From Eledone cirrhosa (taxonomy: Eukaryota): a stretch of DNA of 64,000 nt. The stretch spans positions 157,914,001-157,978,000 of the forward strand of contig OZ024740.1 of NCBI GenBank assembly GCA_964016885.1. The letters run 5' to 3'. A program made the translations under genes and the position numbers. The notes under the pieces were generated by a model. The model was not told the origin of the DNA and ran no database searches. It was given only the letters and a program-made list of their open reading frames with translations. Positions 12,720 through 25,893 of the stretch are shown here, piece after piece (within the stretch, counting starts at the first letter, position 1; the number at the start of each line of letters is the position of its first letter).

Positions 12720-13508
12720 TATAGCAACCAGCGATTCCCTCGGCCTCAGTGACCAAAGTCAGTGGAGAGGGGAAGGTAATGTTTCTATAGCACGTGTTTT
12801 AGCGTCTATTCACTCTCTCTATCTCCCTCTCTCCCTCCCGCTATCCCCCTCTCGTAGTCTGTCACTTTCTTTCACTCGCACTCTCTCTCTACGCACGTGT
12901 TTCCACTGTCGGACAGACAGACAGAGAAATTGCTGGTTATATATATAAGTAGACTAGCAGAAAACCACCCGGGGGGCGGTTTTCTGCTAGTCTATATATC
13001 TAAAACAGAGAATGTCTGTCTGTCAGCTTACTAAAACTTGAGAACCATCCAACCGATTGTTTTCAAACTTTAGACATGTAATACTTATGGTCCTGTGAGT
13101 GTTTTGAGCAAAAATTATTTCAAATTTTCAATGCCCTAGGGACCGCATTAGGCGATTTAGCGTTCTCTCTATATAATTCTTAGTCTTTCTTTTTAGATAG
13201 ATACATAGATATAACGTTGCGCCCTTATAATATCTGTCTGTATGTCTGGCTGTCTGCATTACGTCATTATGACGCGCTCAGCGCGATTCCCTCGGCCTCA
13301 GTGACCAAAGTCAGTGGAGAGGGGGAAGGTAATGTTTCTGTAGCACGTGTTTTAGCGTCTATTCACTCTCTCTCTCTCTTCCTCTCTCCCTCCCGCTATC
13401 CCCCTCTCGTAGTCTGTCTCTTTCTTTCACTCTCACTCTCTCTCTACGCACGTGTTTCCACTGTCGGACAGATAGACAGAGAAATTGCTGGTTATATATG
13501 TAAGTAGA
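12720..13508. mobile_element. Cluster of Helitron-like 5' ends around a double-3'-end palindrome
   Basis: Minus-strand heads TCtacttatatat.. at 12953 and TCtacttacatat.. at 13508 (related copy ~11700-11912); plus-strand head TCtatatatc at 12991, which is an inverted copy of ~11020-11260. Confidence 0.7.
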
Positions 13509-13727
13509 TAAATAAACACGTGGCGCCGTGCGTCCAGAATGCCAAATTTAGGAATAAATTGAAATTTCAAAGAATTGACGCAGATGGGAGTTTTATAGGT
13601 CGTTGGAAGCGTTTTGGCCAGTTGCAACAGATGGAGTTTCACATTAATTTCACGAGCAAGCTATTCTGGCACATTCGTCGTTGGAACCGTTGGAGGTTCA
13701 ATACACGTATGTATCGCTATATTCTTG

Positions 13728-13758
<31 letters not shown>

Positions 13759-13761
<3 letters not shown>

Positions 13762-14056
13762 CCACTGGGAGAGAAGGATCCCTAGCCTTTGTCAGGGCAT
13801 TCTTCTAGGAGAAGGTAATTCAGGAAACTGGGATAACTCCGACATAAAAAACTGCGTCTGAGTAGTTGCCGTTGATGTTGATCTTTTCTTCTTTTCGGGT
13901 TATAGCTACTGTCGCTCAGAGAGTGGGATTGGCTCAGTGCATAGTCTTTCCTCACTTAAAAAAAAATCTGCAAGCATAGACATTAATTGATAATTGATTA
14001 TAATGTTATATCGTGCAATGGCCATACTCGATAATGAGGGTGCAGTCATCATGTAT
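13759..14056 (+). mobile_element. Short bipartite derivative of the RTE at 31086-35215 (5'UTR + 3' tail)
   Basis: 13759-13965 matches the RTE 5'UTR at 31087-31290; 14010-14056 matches the RTE 3' end at 35169-35215; (TATG)n on both sides. Confidence 0.8.
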
Positions 14057-14244
14057 GTATTTATATATATATGAATATATACTTGCATACATATACATGC
14101 ATACATACATACATACATGCTTACATATGCATGTATGTATGTATTCATATATATATATATAAATTTATGAGCATTTGTCTTTGTGTGTATTTGTGTGTTT
14201 GCGGGTGGGCATGTGTGTGTGGGGAAAGAAGTAGGGGGAGGGGG

Positions 14245-15385
14245 ACAAAGGCTTTTCATACGGTGAATAAGAGTACCGCATGCAAAATTCTGAATAAGCT
14301 TGGTTGTCCTCACAAGTTCGTATCAGTTCTGACAGGTTTTGCTGAGGTATGAAAGCTTGTGTTAATATACCGGCACCTATACTGTTTGTATGGCATTTGT
14401 CTGTGATGTTTCTTATAACATTTGAGGACTGCACACATGGAGATTATATCACGTATCGTTCAACGGGCAAGTTATTTAACATCAGACGGTTTGCTGCCAA
14501 AACAAAGGTGTTCACTTCTATAATTGTTGATGTAGATGATTGTGATTTTCTTGCTCACTCTAAGAATGACATGCAGCAGATGATGGATTCTTTTTGGGAG
14601 GCATGCAGCACATTGGGTCTGACAATCAGTCTTGCCAGTACTGTTGTCGTGCAAGGACAAGGATTTCACCGAGCCCTGCAGTCATGTGTATGGCAAAACA
14701 TTGAGGGTTGTAGATAAATTTGTGCATTTAGGCTGCACAGTTAACATGACAAACACCCTTGATTATGAAATTTCTTATGATTAAACAAAGCAAGTTGTAA
14801 GAATGCAAGATCATCGTATTCCTAAGCAGTTACTGTACGAGGAGTTAGTCAAAGTCAACGACCAAGGTATAAACCAAAACTTAGTTATTAAGACTACATT
14901 AAAATAGCTTTGACAAACTAAAAATATCAGAGCAGTTAAGTGGAAAGACATTGCCTTAGATCAATCATTTTGGAGGAAAGAAGTGTTAAATGTGTAACAA
15001 AAACTTGAAAGATTTTGTGTGGAACATGAAAAATTAAAGAGGAGTCTGCGTAAGGCTCGATACGATATTATTTTGCCTGAATTTTTCAGATGCTCAAAAT
15101 GACTTTATGTGTGGCCAGATTTGAATCTGTAAAGCAGGTCTTAGAAGTCATAATAGAAATTGCTTTCTCGTTTAGTGTTTCTTGCCGTCAGGAGACTCCG
15201 TCATTTAAAAGTTCACCAAAACAAAACAGGGAACCAAAGTGGAAATAATGCTCAAAATTGCAGCATATACAGAAATAAATGTAAATCCTTTTCATGGTTA
15301 AGGAGTCACATTCGTGCCACCCATGTGTGGGAGGGGATCAGGTGGTGGTAATTTTTAAAATAGAGATACAGCCATCATGTAGATG
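14245..15385 (+). pseudogene. Heavily decayed RTE fragment (RT to C-terminal zinc fingers)
   Basis: KILNKLGCPHKF, YRSTGKLFNIRRFAAKTKV, DDCDFLAHS, KSFSWLRSHIRATH. Confidence 0.85.
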
Positions 15386-16179
15386 TGTGTGCGCCTGCGC
15401 ATGTATGTACATAAGTATGCGCGAGCATCTTTATATATATAGCCCCCCTCCCCTCACTCTCTCTCTCTGCTTGTGTGTATGCAGTTGTTTTGTGTGTATG
15501 AACAACTATAAATATATGCCAACAAACATTCATATTACTATAGGTTTTCTATTACTCTCTCCACTCATGCTCTCCTCTTCTCTCTCCCAATCTCTCCTTC
15601 TCTCTCTTTCTTTATTTCATCCTCTCGTCTCACCATTCTCTTTTACTCTGTTTTATCAGAGTCATACGAGGGAACAAACAGCTGATATCATGCTACCAAT
15701 ATTTGACATCATATTTTTCTTGTTTGATTTAGGACAAACTTTAATATATATCTACACATGTAAAATAGATTAAACGGACATCTGCTTCATTCGACGATGA
15801 ATAATCCAGGTACTTTCGGGTCACAAATAATAGGGGCGGGGATTGAATAAGCAGTGAGGGGATGGGGGGTGCATTTGCTTAAATTCTTATAAGCGGAGGG
15901 AGGGTGGAATATACGGACGGAGAAGGGGGAATCGGTAATAATTCGGCAAATAGAGATCGATAAGAAGTAATCGATTAACATTAGTACTGACATCGATCTA
16001 ATCACTAAAACTCTTTAAAACATTGACATTGTGTGACCACACACCAGTCGAATGACTGAATCCTAATCAGTGCAGGATCTTATTCATATTTGTTATTGTT
16101 CATTTCTGTTGTTCGTGTACGGAACTGAAACCTGAGCGCATCTCACCACCTTGAACTGAGCGCAATTAGAAAAAACCAT

Positions 16180-16400
16180 CACGTTCGCTCTAACTGATAG
16201 GTCTCACTAGCTCATTGCGTGTATACATCCTAAACATAGTTAGAAGTGCATCTAACAATCTTACCCTTCTCTTCAGAGCCAGAAAATACTTCATCCGCCC
16301 AACACCTTCTGACCTTTTACAATGTTCAGGCAAGATGTACAGTGGAGTAGTTCTCCCACATCTGGGACCGTGTTTGCCACGTTCACTTATGCACTCCGGT
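16180..16400 (+). pseudogene. CR1/Jockey-group RT C-terminal remnant
   Basis: ILNIVRSASNNLTLLFRARKYF, then in another frame LLTFYNVQARCTVE*FSHIW, resembling LYKAQxRxxxEYCSHIW. Confidence 0.55.
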
Positions 16401-16431
16401 CTCGCTCATCACCCATATTAAGTCCACCACA

Positions 16432-16912
16432 TCAAGTTTCAGAAAGGGGTGGTCCACGTTGACTGCAAGAACGCTCGTGGCTGTTCAGCCCAATGGAGGA
16501 CATGCAGGCTCGGCCGCAGTGACTACAGCTGAAGGCCTGGTCATGGTTTGATGACGTGGTGTTAGTTCTTCTTTCTGGACCTTCTGTCTTTGATGGTGGT
16601 CTTGTGGGTGTTTTCGAAAGAGGAGACAGGATGGTTGATGGTGAGACGCCAAACATGACGGTCCTCAGCGGTGGTGATGGATGTGACAGACACCAAGGGA
16701 TGTTTTCAAACAGTCCTTGTATCACTTCCTTTGAGCCACCCTGTAGCGATAACCAGTGGAGAATTTACCGTACAGCGTGATCCTGGACAAGCGATGATCC
16801 TTTACACTGGAGACGTGCCCTGCTCTGCGTAGTTTGGACTTCAGCAGCGTGTCCTCCATGCTGGTGACCTCCGCCCATTCAAGGACTTCAGCATTGGTGA
16901 CAAAATCACCAC
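16432..16912 (-). pseudogene. RTE 3' fragment of a different family
   Basis: FSCSHCGRACMSSIGLNSHERSC C2H2 finger at the ORF end; upstream remnant resembles RTE 'VTNxEVL'. Confidence 0.7.
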
Positions 16913-17114
16913 TTAGTCCCTACACTAATCTCTATGCCCATTCCTTCCTCGCCAGAAAATAATATCTGCAGTTGTTTTCCCGAAGGAGTCAACTTTTAAC
17001 TGAACAATTTTAACTGAACGATAACAGTTTCATTTCGCGTCGGTCTCGGACAATCTCAAAGCAGTGCGGTTTTATCGCTCTCCTCGCATATTACCTTTGC
17101 ATTATATCTTCGGA

Positions 17115-17290
17115 CATCGGTGGATTGGCAGTATCGGTGGAGCATCGGGCAGTACGATTCGTGACATAGAGTTACAGCCTTTTACATTCTGTGTTCAAAT
17201 CTCGCCGAGGTGTGCTTTGCCTTTCATCCTTACGGGATCGATAAAATAAAGTACAAGTAACGCACTGGGGTCAATTTAATCGACTTTCCC
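17115..17290 (+). mobile_element. tRNA-derived SINE with Nin-like central domain, diverged
   Basis: gttcaaatctcgccgagg..ctttgcctttcatccttacgggatcgataaaataaagtac; related copies near 26495-26612, 30165-30330 and 45873-46045. Confidence 0.7.
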
Positions 17291-17461
17291 CTCCCCCTCC
17301 TTTTGTTGGTTTTGTGCCTAAATCAGAAACCCTTATATTTTCGGGTATCAAGATGTTTGCAAACTATGCAGTATTTGAAATGTTCAAAAATATACTTATT
17401 CCTAAGTATGTATTTTATTACATCATGATGATTTTCAATTTTTGTATTGTCATAATCCTAT

Positions 17462-18300
17462 TCAGTGCAGCCTGGCCTCAGTCAGCTCGACCAGCACCAC
17501 CGTGCCTGTTTTCGTGCGGCCTCCAAACCCCTCAGCGGTGCCTGGCTCCATGCCTTGCCCTCCTTCTCCACTGGCACGCAGCTGGATAACGATAGCCTGC
17601 GCATCGAGGTTTCCCTGAGGCTTGGCCTCCGGATCTGCAAGCCACATAAATGTCACTGTGGACTCTTTCGGCCTCCACCCGCTTTCCTGTCGCCACAGTG
17701 CCGGCCGCCTTACACGCCATGCTGCCCTCAACGAGGTCATAAAGTATGGCTTGGATGCTGCAGGCTCCCCCTCCCAGCTCGAGCCGGTGGGGCTGGACCG
17801 AGGTGACGGCAAAAGGCCAGACGGTATGACCATCTTTCCGTTCCACGGTGGCAATCCCCTCGTCTGGGATGCCACTTGCAGCGACACTTTCTCCACCCGC
17901 AACCTGGTGCAGTCTGCGACTAACCCAGGTTCTGCTGCACGTCGGGCTGTGGCGGCCAAACTCTCCAAGTACCGGTCGCTCTCTGACAGGTTTGCGGTCG
18001 TGCACTTGGCAGTGGATACTTCTGGTGTCCTTGGCCATAGGGCTACCTCCCTACTCACCACCATAGGCGCTGAGCTGGCCAACCACAGGTGTGGAATGGC
18101 CTCGCGAGTTGGAATGGCTCTTCCAGCGCATCTCCCTTACCATCCTCCGGGGAAACGCCTTCTCCATTCTGTCCGCCGGGGCTGTAGGGAGGCCAGCACG
18201 CAGGACTCCATTTGCTCACCATACAGAGAGATAGGGAGGGCGAGAGAGATTGGGGCGATGACAGTGGGAGTTCGGCTCTTCCACGTTCGAACCATATCCT
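17462..18300 (+). mobile_element. CRE-like non-LTR retrotransposon 3' portion (zinc knuckle + RLE endonuclease)
   Basis: SGAWLHALP..LRLGL, GLHPLSC..GRLTRHAALN, GKRPDGMTIFPF..LVWDATCSDT..KLSKY; frameshifted; 3' end repeated at 26030-26180. Confidence 0.8.
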
Positions 18301-18620
18301 TGTGGTTGTGTTCATTACCCTAGTGCATTACTGGTGCTTTATTTTGTTTACTGCAATAACAGACCCCAGTTTGGGATTGCTAGTTTATGTATCGGCCTTG
18401 GAATATATCCTATTCATTTAACTACATCCTGATACTATATCTATGATTTATGAATCATCAAAAAACTTGACAAATCACAAATCATCGCAACCCATTGTCT
18501 CTTCGTCCCCCCAATAGTATCTCTGCCTATGATATACTCACTTTTTCTCGATCTTTGCAATCGCTTTTAACTGTTGACCGCATGATTTCTATGGCATGTA
18601 TTATTATATGTTTATTTTTG

Positions 18621-18727
<107 letters not shown>

Positions 18728-18754
18728 GTATATATTATTATGTTTATTTTTGCC

Positions 18755-18788
<34 letters not shown>

Positions 18789-19006
18789 CGTGTTTGTGTG
18801 TGTGTGTATATATATATATATATGTGTGTGTATGTATATATATATATATATATGGGATAACAAGTTATCGTTATAGGTAATCCAGTTAGAGTACTCCGCG
18901 TCGTGGATAGTTTTAACGTACGGCTTTGTTTGACTCAACAAGATGTTTCCATAGTTATGCAGCGAGTTCGCGGTAATTCCTATGCAGGTTATACTTAGAG
19001 TAATAA

Positions 19007-19126
19007 TAGTTAAACAAAGAAGAGTAACATGGTTGGCTGTACAATAAGGGGCTTTATTTCAAGTACTGACAATTGTTTAAAATAAAGCCCCTTATTGTAC
19101 AGCCAACCATGCTACTCTTCATTCTT

Positions 19127-19132
<6 letters not shown>
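19007..19132. repeat. Fold-back hairpin
   Basis: gaagagtaacatggttggctgtacaataaggggctttattt / aaataaagccccttattgtacagccaaccatgctactcttc, 20-nt loop. Confidence 0.9.
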
Positions 19133-19147
<15 letters not shown>

Positions 19148-19172
<25 letters not shown>

Positions 19173-19565
19173 TAACAGATTAAAGTTTAAGCAAAGAATC
19201 GCTGCTTTCACCCTTAACGGGATCTTCTGAAACTAACAAAGTCAATCTATAAACGCAGAACTGGATATTTAAAAAAACGTTGCAACCGGAGGAAGACAGG
19301 AAGACGATACTTTGGTTCGTGGAAACGTTCCCTGGCAAAGATTGGGAAAAAACGAATATAATACGTCATTAATAGGAGCGGTGAAAAACAATTACACGCA
19401 AAGACTGAACCACGTTTATGGTATAAAAGAGGTCGTAGACTAATGTTCTCTTAGGTGGTTCATAGAGACGTTCTCTGGCAATGAACGGAAAAAACGAAGA
19501 TAATACGTCATATGTGGAGCGGTGAGAACGATTGCACGCAAAGACAAAACCACGTAAATGGTATA
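19148..19565 (+). mobile_element. Interspersed repeat (probably Helitron-associated family)
   Basis: Homologous to 48185-48410 and to both arms of 51840-52280; head segment tagtaataataataaa.. at 20081, 24380 and, inverted, at 52372. Confidence 0.6.
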
Positions 19566-19833
19566 TACATATATAAAACTGATGTTGTCTGCGTGTGTGG
19601 GTCCTCATTTTTGCAAAGTCTATACAAATCCAGATTTCTACTCCGATTGACTTCAAACTTGCATATATTCCTTGCGGTCTAAAGATATTAACTGCAGCTT
19701 TTATTTTTAAATTTTCTGTTGTTAAAGAGGTGTTAGGCGCCGGTTATCCATCTCCGTCGAGCCCTTATAATATCTGTCTGTATGTCTAGCTGTCTGCATA
19801 ACGACATTGCTGACGTATTATCTTCGCTACATT

Positions 19834-19902
<69 letters not shown>

Positions 19903-19903
19903 T

Positions 19904-19975
<72 letters not shown>

Positions 19976-20175
19976 TACATATATAAACACATATATACAC
20001 ATATACATATATATATATATATACAAAAGTTTAAGCAAAGAATCGCTGCTTATTACTATATATATATATATATATATATATAGTAATAATAATAAAATTG
20101 AAGACTAAAATCCAAAGAGGGCTCGATAAGGAAAATATATATCAAATATATAAGAACCGTAGAGCAAATATTTTA

Positions 20176-20220
<45 letters not shown>

Positions 20221-20274
20221 TAAACAAATAATGAATAAAACAATGAAACAGTTCCTTATATTAAACAAAAAAAG

Positions 20275-20428
20275 TTCATTATTTAACGATCGTTTCCAGG
20301 ATATATATGTGTTAGAATTGGCATGCATATTCAACAGATCTATGTACAAAATTATACAAAATTATACAAACTATCAAGATTAAATATACATACCAACACA
20401 TATATACGCCGTCTTCAGAAATAATGAA
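20275..20428 (-). ncRNA. Type I hammerhead ribozyme with ~115-nt extended stem II
   Basis: Minus strand: ttcattattt-CTGAAGA-cggcgtatatatgtgtt...aacacatatatatcctg-GAAAC-gatc-GTT-aaataatgaa; 10-bp perfect stem I. Confidence 0.8.
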
Positions 20429-21054
20429 ATATATTTATTGATAATAACAACAATTCAAAATTTCAGGTCCGTTTGGGAACAAAATTGACCAATGAAAATA
20501 CAAAAGGTTTTATGCAGTTCGGTGTGTGTATATACATGTAACTACCCTTACACATATTTTACAAAAATGTATGCTCAACATGTATACGCATACCAAAAAG
20601 GATGGATGCAAATACAAAATTTCAAGGTTAATGTCTCTGTAAGTCTATAATGCACAGATAAGATGCGTATAGACACATAAATATGAAATAAGTGTATACA
20701 CATATTCTCATACTCACACATATCCGTACAATCACACACACGCGCGCGTATATGCATAAACATACACATAATTACGAACATACAAACACACACACACCCC
20801 CACTCACATATATATATGTGGATATAATATTATCATAAACACATGGATATTAATTCACTCACATAAACACTGCCACACACATTTAGATCAAGATACAGAA
20901 ATTAGGTGGGAGGGGGGGAGAGGTCAGTATTCAACGGTTTGGGCAGACTGCTTATTATAGATGTATCTATAAACTAAGAAAATAAAAAATAAATAATAAA
21001 TAAAAATTAAAAAGGAAAGAAAAGAAAAGGAAAAAAGAAAAAAGAAATATATCA

Positions 21055-21099
21055 AGAAAATATATATATATATATATATATATACATACATATACATAC

Positions 21100-21139
<40 letters not shown>

Positions 21140-21236
21140 ATATACATACATATACACACAACCACACTTAGAACATACATACACACACATATATAAACAT
21201 ATACATATACACACATACACACATATACACACATAC

Positions 21237-21273
<37 letters not shown>

Positions 21274-21572
21274 TATATACACACATATATACACATATAA
21301 TCACACATACTATATAGACACACATATATATACACACATACACGCACATATACATACACATACATACTTATATACATACAGATATACACATACATACCTA
21401 TATATACACACAAATACATACAGACATACATACATACATACACACAAATACTTACGCATCCATATATCGGTATATACATACAAACACCACTACACTCTCA
21501 CACAACTCAGACATACAAAGAAAAAGGTATATACCTATACACATATACATATACAAATTGAGATACATATAC

Positions 21573-21637
<65 letters not shown>

Positions 21638-21829
21638 CACATATACACACATATACATACATACACATACATAGATGTACACACACATACATATACATAC
21701 ATACACACATACACATATACATATATAGTCATACACACACATACACCTACACGAACATACACATACACATATATAAAGATATATATACACACACACACAC
21801 ATACACACACACACATATATAAAAAATAA

Positions 21830-21910
<81 letters not shown>

Positions 21911-22237
21911 CATATACATACACACATACATAGACATATATGTACATACATACACATACATACATACATACACACACATATATACATATATATACACACA
22001 TAGACACATACATACATACACACACAACATACATACACACACATATATACTCATACATAGAATTAGATATATATTCATACTTACATACGAACTTACATAT
22101 ACTCATATATACAAATACATACACATCCATATATGCGTATATACATACAAATACCACTACACCCTCACACAACTCAGACATACAAAGAAAAAGGCATATA
22201 CATATACATATATACACGCATTAATAGAGATATATAT

Positions 22238-22281
<44 letters not shown>

Positions 22282-22473
22282 ATTTATATATATACACCCA
22301 CACACACATACAACCATAAACACACATACAAACACACACATACACATATATATACACACACACAAAAAACAGACATACACATATATATTTTTTTACACAT
22401 ATATATACACATATATATACATATACACACCCTCACATATACACACATACACATAAGTTATATTATAATAATA

Positions 22474-22521
<48 letters not shown>

Positions 22522-22759
22522 GAATATAGACATATATACACACATAGATATATATATATATATACATATACACACACACACACACACACTCACATATATA
22601 TGTGCGCACACGTACATATATACACATACACACATATACACGCAAACAACATACATGTGCATACATGCACATACACACATATACCCACATAGATACGAAG
22701 ATAGACATATAAATAGAGAGACATACATATATATACACACCATATATACATACATACAT

Positions 22760-22814
<55 letters not shown>

Positions 22815-23045
22815 CACACATACACGCCCACACACATATACACATATACACATATATATACATACACACATACACATACACATATATATACACATGCACA
22901 TATACACATATATACATACATACACACACATATATATACACAATCTTACATTCTTATTTGCATGCGCATATATGTATTTTTATATTCAGATATAAATACC
23001 CAAACATATATACACCTACCTACATATATATATTCATACATACAC
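21055..23045. repeat. Long degenerate (CA/TA) low-complexity tract with an internal ~100-bp duplication
   Basis: Direct reading; ~21457-21560 is duplicated at ~22124-22230. Confidence 0.9.
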
Positions 23046-23640
23046 GCTTACAAACACAGATGATAATAGTATGGGGGAAAGGGGGGGTTGGATAAGGGGA
23101 TTATAGTAAATATATGTTTCAAGAAACATAGAATATTATCTGTATCTGGATCCAATGTATGTTTTTACATAGTTTCAGTGTTAGGAAATACAAGAAATAA
23201 GGCAAAATTTATGCATTTCAAAATAAATAAGTATACCATTAATTATATGTTAACTAAACTAAAGATAGTTAACATATTGATTTCTAAGGTGTAAATTAGT
23301 TAGGTTTATAATATTTGAAGCAGAATTTTGAAGTTAAATAGTAGTAGAGTATTAATTATAGTATAACTAAATTAAAGTTAATAACGTTATGGTATCAATA
23401 TTAGGAAATGAATTTAGTAATAGGGAAAAAACAAATAAAGTATTACATCGGTAGTAGAATATAAATTATAGGTTAACTAAATTAAAAATTATATATTAAT
23501 TTCTATAGTATATGTTAATTAGGTATATAATAAATAAAACAGATATTGTATTTTATCAATAGCAGAATATAATTATATGCAAATAGAAATCAAAATTAAT
23601 ACATATACATATACATATACATACACATATATATATACGT

Positions 23641-23680
<40 letters not shown>

Positions 23681-23935
23681 GCATACACATACACATACAT
23701 ACATATATATACATATTTTTTCAAAAATTGCAAAGAATATATTAACTAGGTATATATCCAAAACACATCCCATTCTATGATTACATGACATTCTGCAATC
23801 CGTCTGTATAAGGATACTAATTTTAAGCCAATTAAATTAAATTTTTAGGTTGACTAAATTTAAAACCAAATTATAAATATATTTCTAAAATGTATATTAA
23901 TTAGGTCTATAATACTAAAAATTATTTCTCTGTCA

Positions 23936-24348
23936 TTGTATTTTCACCAAACTTAAGACATAGGTTACTTATGTACTCCGGATGGTCATGGGCACTTTCA
24001 TTTTTCCAGATATTGATTATAGGTTCTCCCGACAGATAAACCCCTTTAACCACTTCCTTGGAGTCGACTGAAGCATTGCAGTGCAATGCAACAAAACGTC
24101 ATAACTTCTGGAGTTCGCAACCGATTTTCACAAAACTTAACACATGTGCTACGTTTGTTCTACAGATGAATGTGAACTCTCAAAATTGGCACATATTGAG
24201 TAGGGGACCCCTGGGGGCAGGAAACCCCTTTTGGAAAAAGCCGATGATTTTGTAAAAGTATAGTTTTCGAAGCAGCACTGAAGTATTGACATAAATGGTA
24301 TACATAACTGCTATTTAATACCCGAGCAACGCCGGGTACCTCTGCTAT
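23936..24348 (+). mobile_element. Non-autonomous Helitron 3' part
   Basis: Ends in acccgagcaacgccgggt + acctctgCTAT (CTAG variant); closely similar copy at 48632-49050. Confidence 0.8.
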
Positions 24349-24612
24349 TATATCTATATATATATATATATATATATATAGTAATAATAATAAATGTGAA
24401 GATTAAAATCCAAAGAGGGCTCGATAAGGATAAATGTATATCAAATATATAAGAACCCTAGAGCAAATATTTATTAAAATAACAGATTAAAAGAAAGAGA
24501 ACCCCGACGACAGAGCTCAAGCCGTATATATATGTGTGTATGTATGTATGTATGTATGTATGTATGTATGTATGTATGTATGTATCTATGTATATATGTA
24601 TGTATGTACATA

Positions 24613-24675
<63 letters not shown>

Positions 24676-24704
24676 GAATATATATATATATTTATATATA
24701 TATA

Positions 24705-24747
<43 letters not shown>

Positions 24748-24760
24748 GAATATATATATA

Positions 24761-24864
<104 letters not shown>

Positions 24865-24949
24865 CATACATGCACGCACACATACGGAAATATATATATA
24901 TACTTGCGTATGTGTGCGTGCATGTATGTATGTGTATATATATATATAT

Positions 24950-25620
24950 TAGGGTGCTCCATTTTGTAAACTATTCAAGTCAGCTTTATTCCCAGTGATT
25001 TCCAGGGCGGGGCTGATTGAAGATTTCACCATCACCATCACTAATATGTGAGTTTGATGACAAACCTACAAGAGCCACATTCCCGGACATCGTCTTGACT
25101 TCTTCATCCTCTTTTCTCTTTCTTACTTTCATATCGTGAATTTTCTTTTCCTTCTGAATGGCTTTCACATGTTCTGCATCAACACCAGCCATGAACGAAG
25201 GTGTCCAATCTTTTCGCTGTGTAACATGGAAAGCTTTGTCTTCAGATGGGACATCCTTTCGTTCGGGAACGTCCTGGCTTGCAATATCAAAAATTTCCTC
25301 AAGATCATCTTTCCAAATCTCACGCTTTGCAATTGCTTCGTCAGTCATCCTTGATTTTTTTCTTTTTTTCAGTCCTTGATACTTTTTGTACAATTCCTCA
25401 ATTAAAGTGCGGATAATATTTACCATTTTTGTAGGTATATATGCTTTTCTCTAAATTTCCTGGATTGTCAGGTTAGTGATTTTTATGGCAACTGAAATTA
25501 TCTCCCTAAGTTTGGCGTGTTGGCCGGGAAAACACAAGAGCTCTTTTTGTTTCGAGGGGCGTCGCGTCTGAGGTAACTCCCCCTCGGTCAAATGGCCTTT
25601 CTGGTTTCCACTTTCTTATT
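24950..25620 (-). pseudogene. DNA transposase-like fragment (superfamily not certain, possibly Sola-type)
   Basis: ORF 24986-25426 with WKDDLEEIFDIAS..EDKAF..QR..FMAGVD resembles N-terminal regions of invertebrate cut-and-paste transposases; recalled similarity only. Confidence 0.45.
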
Positions 25621-25820
25621 CACTGAGAAAGATGAAAAGCAAACTGAATCAATCAATTTTATTTTAATGAGTACTAGCCATAGCCAGGGATTAATTCTGG
25701 AATAGACATGCCTCAGTGAGTGGAAGGGAGTCTTTTATTCATTTAACGCCAATAAAGTCGATATAAGCTCCGAACTTCAGTCTTGGGATAAACCTTAACC
25801 CTTTTTTACAATATCTGTAC

Positions 25821-25893
<73 letters not shown>

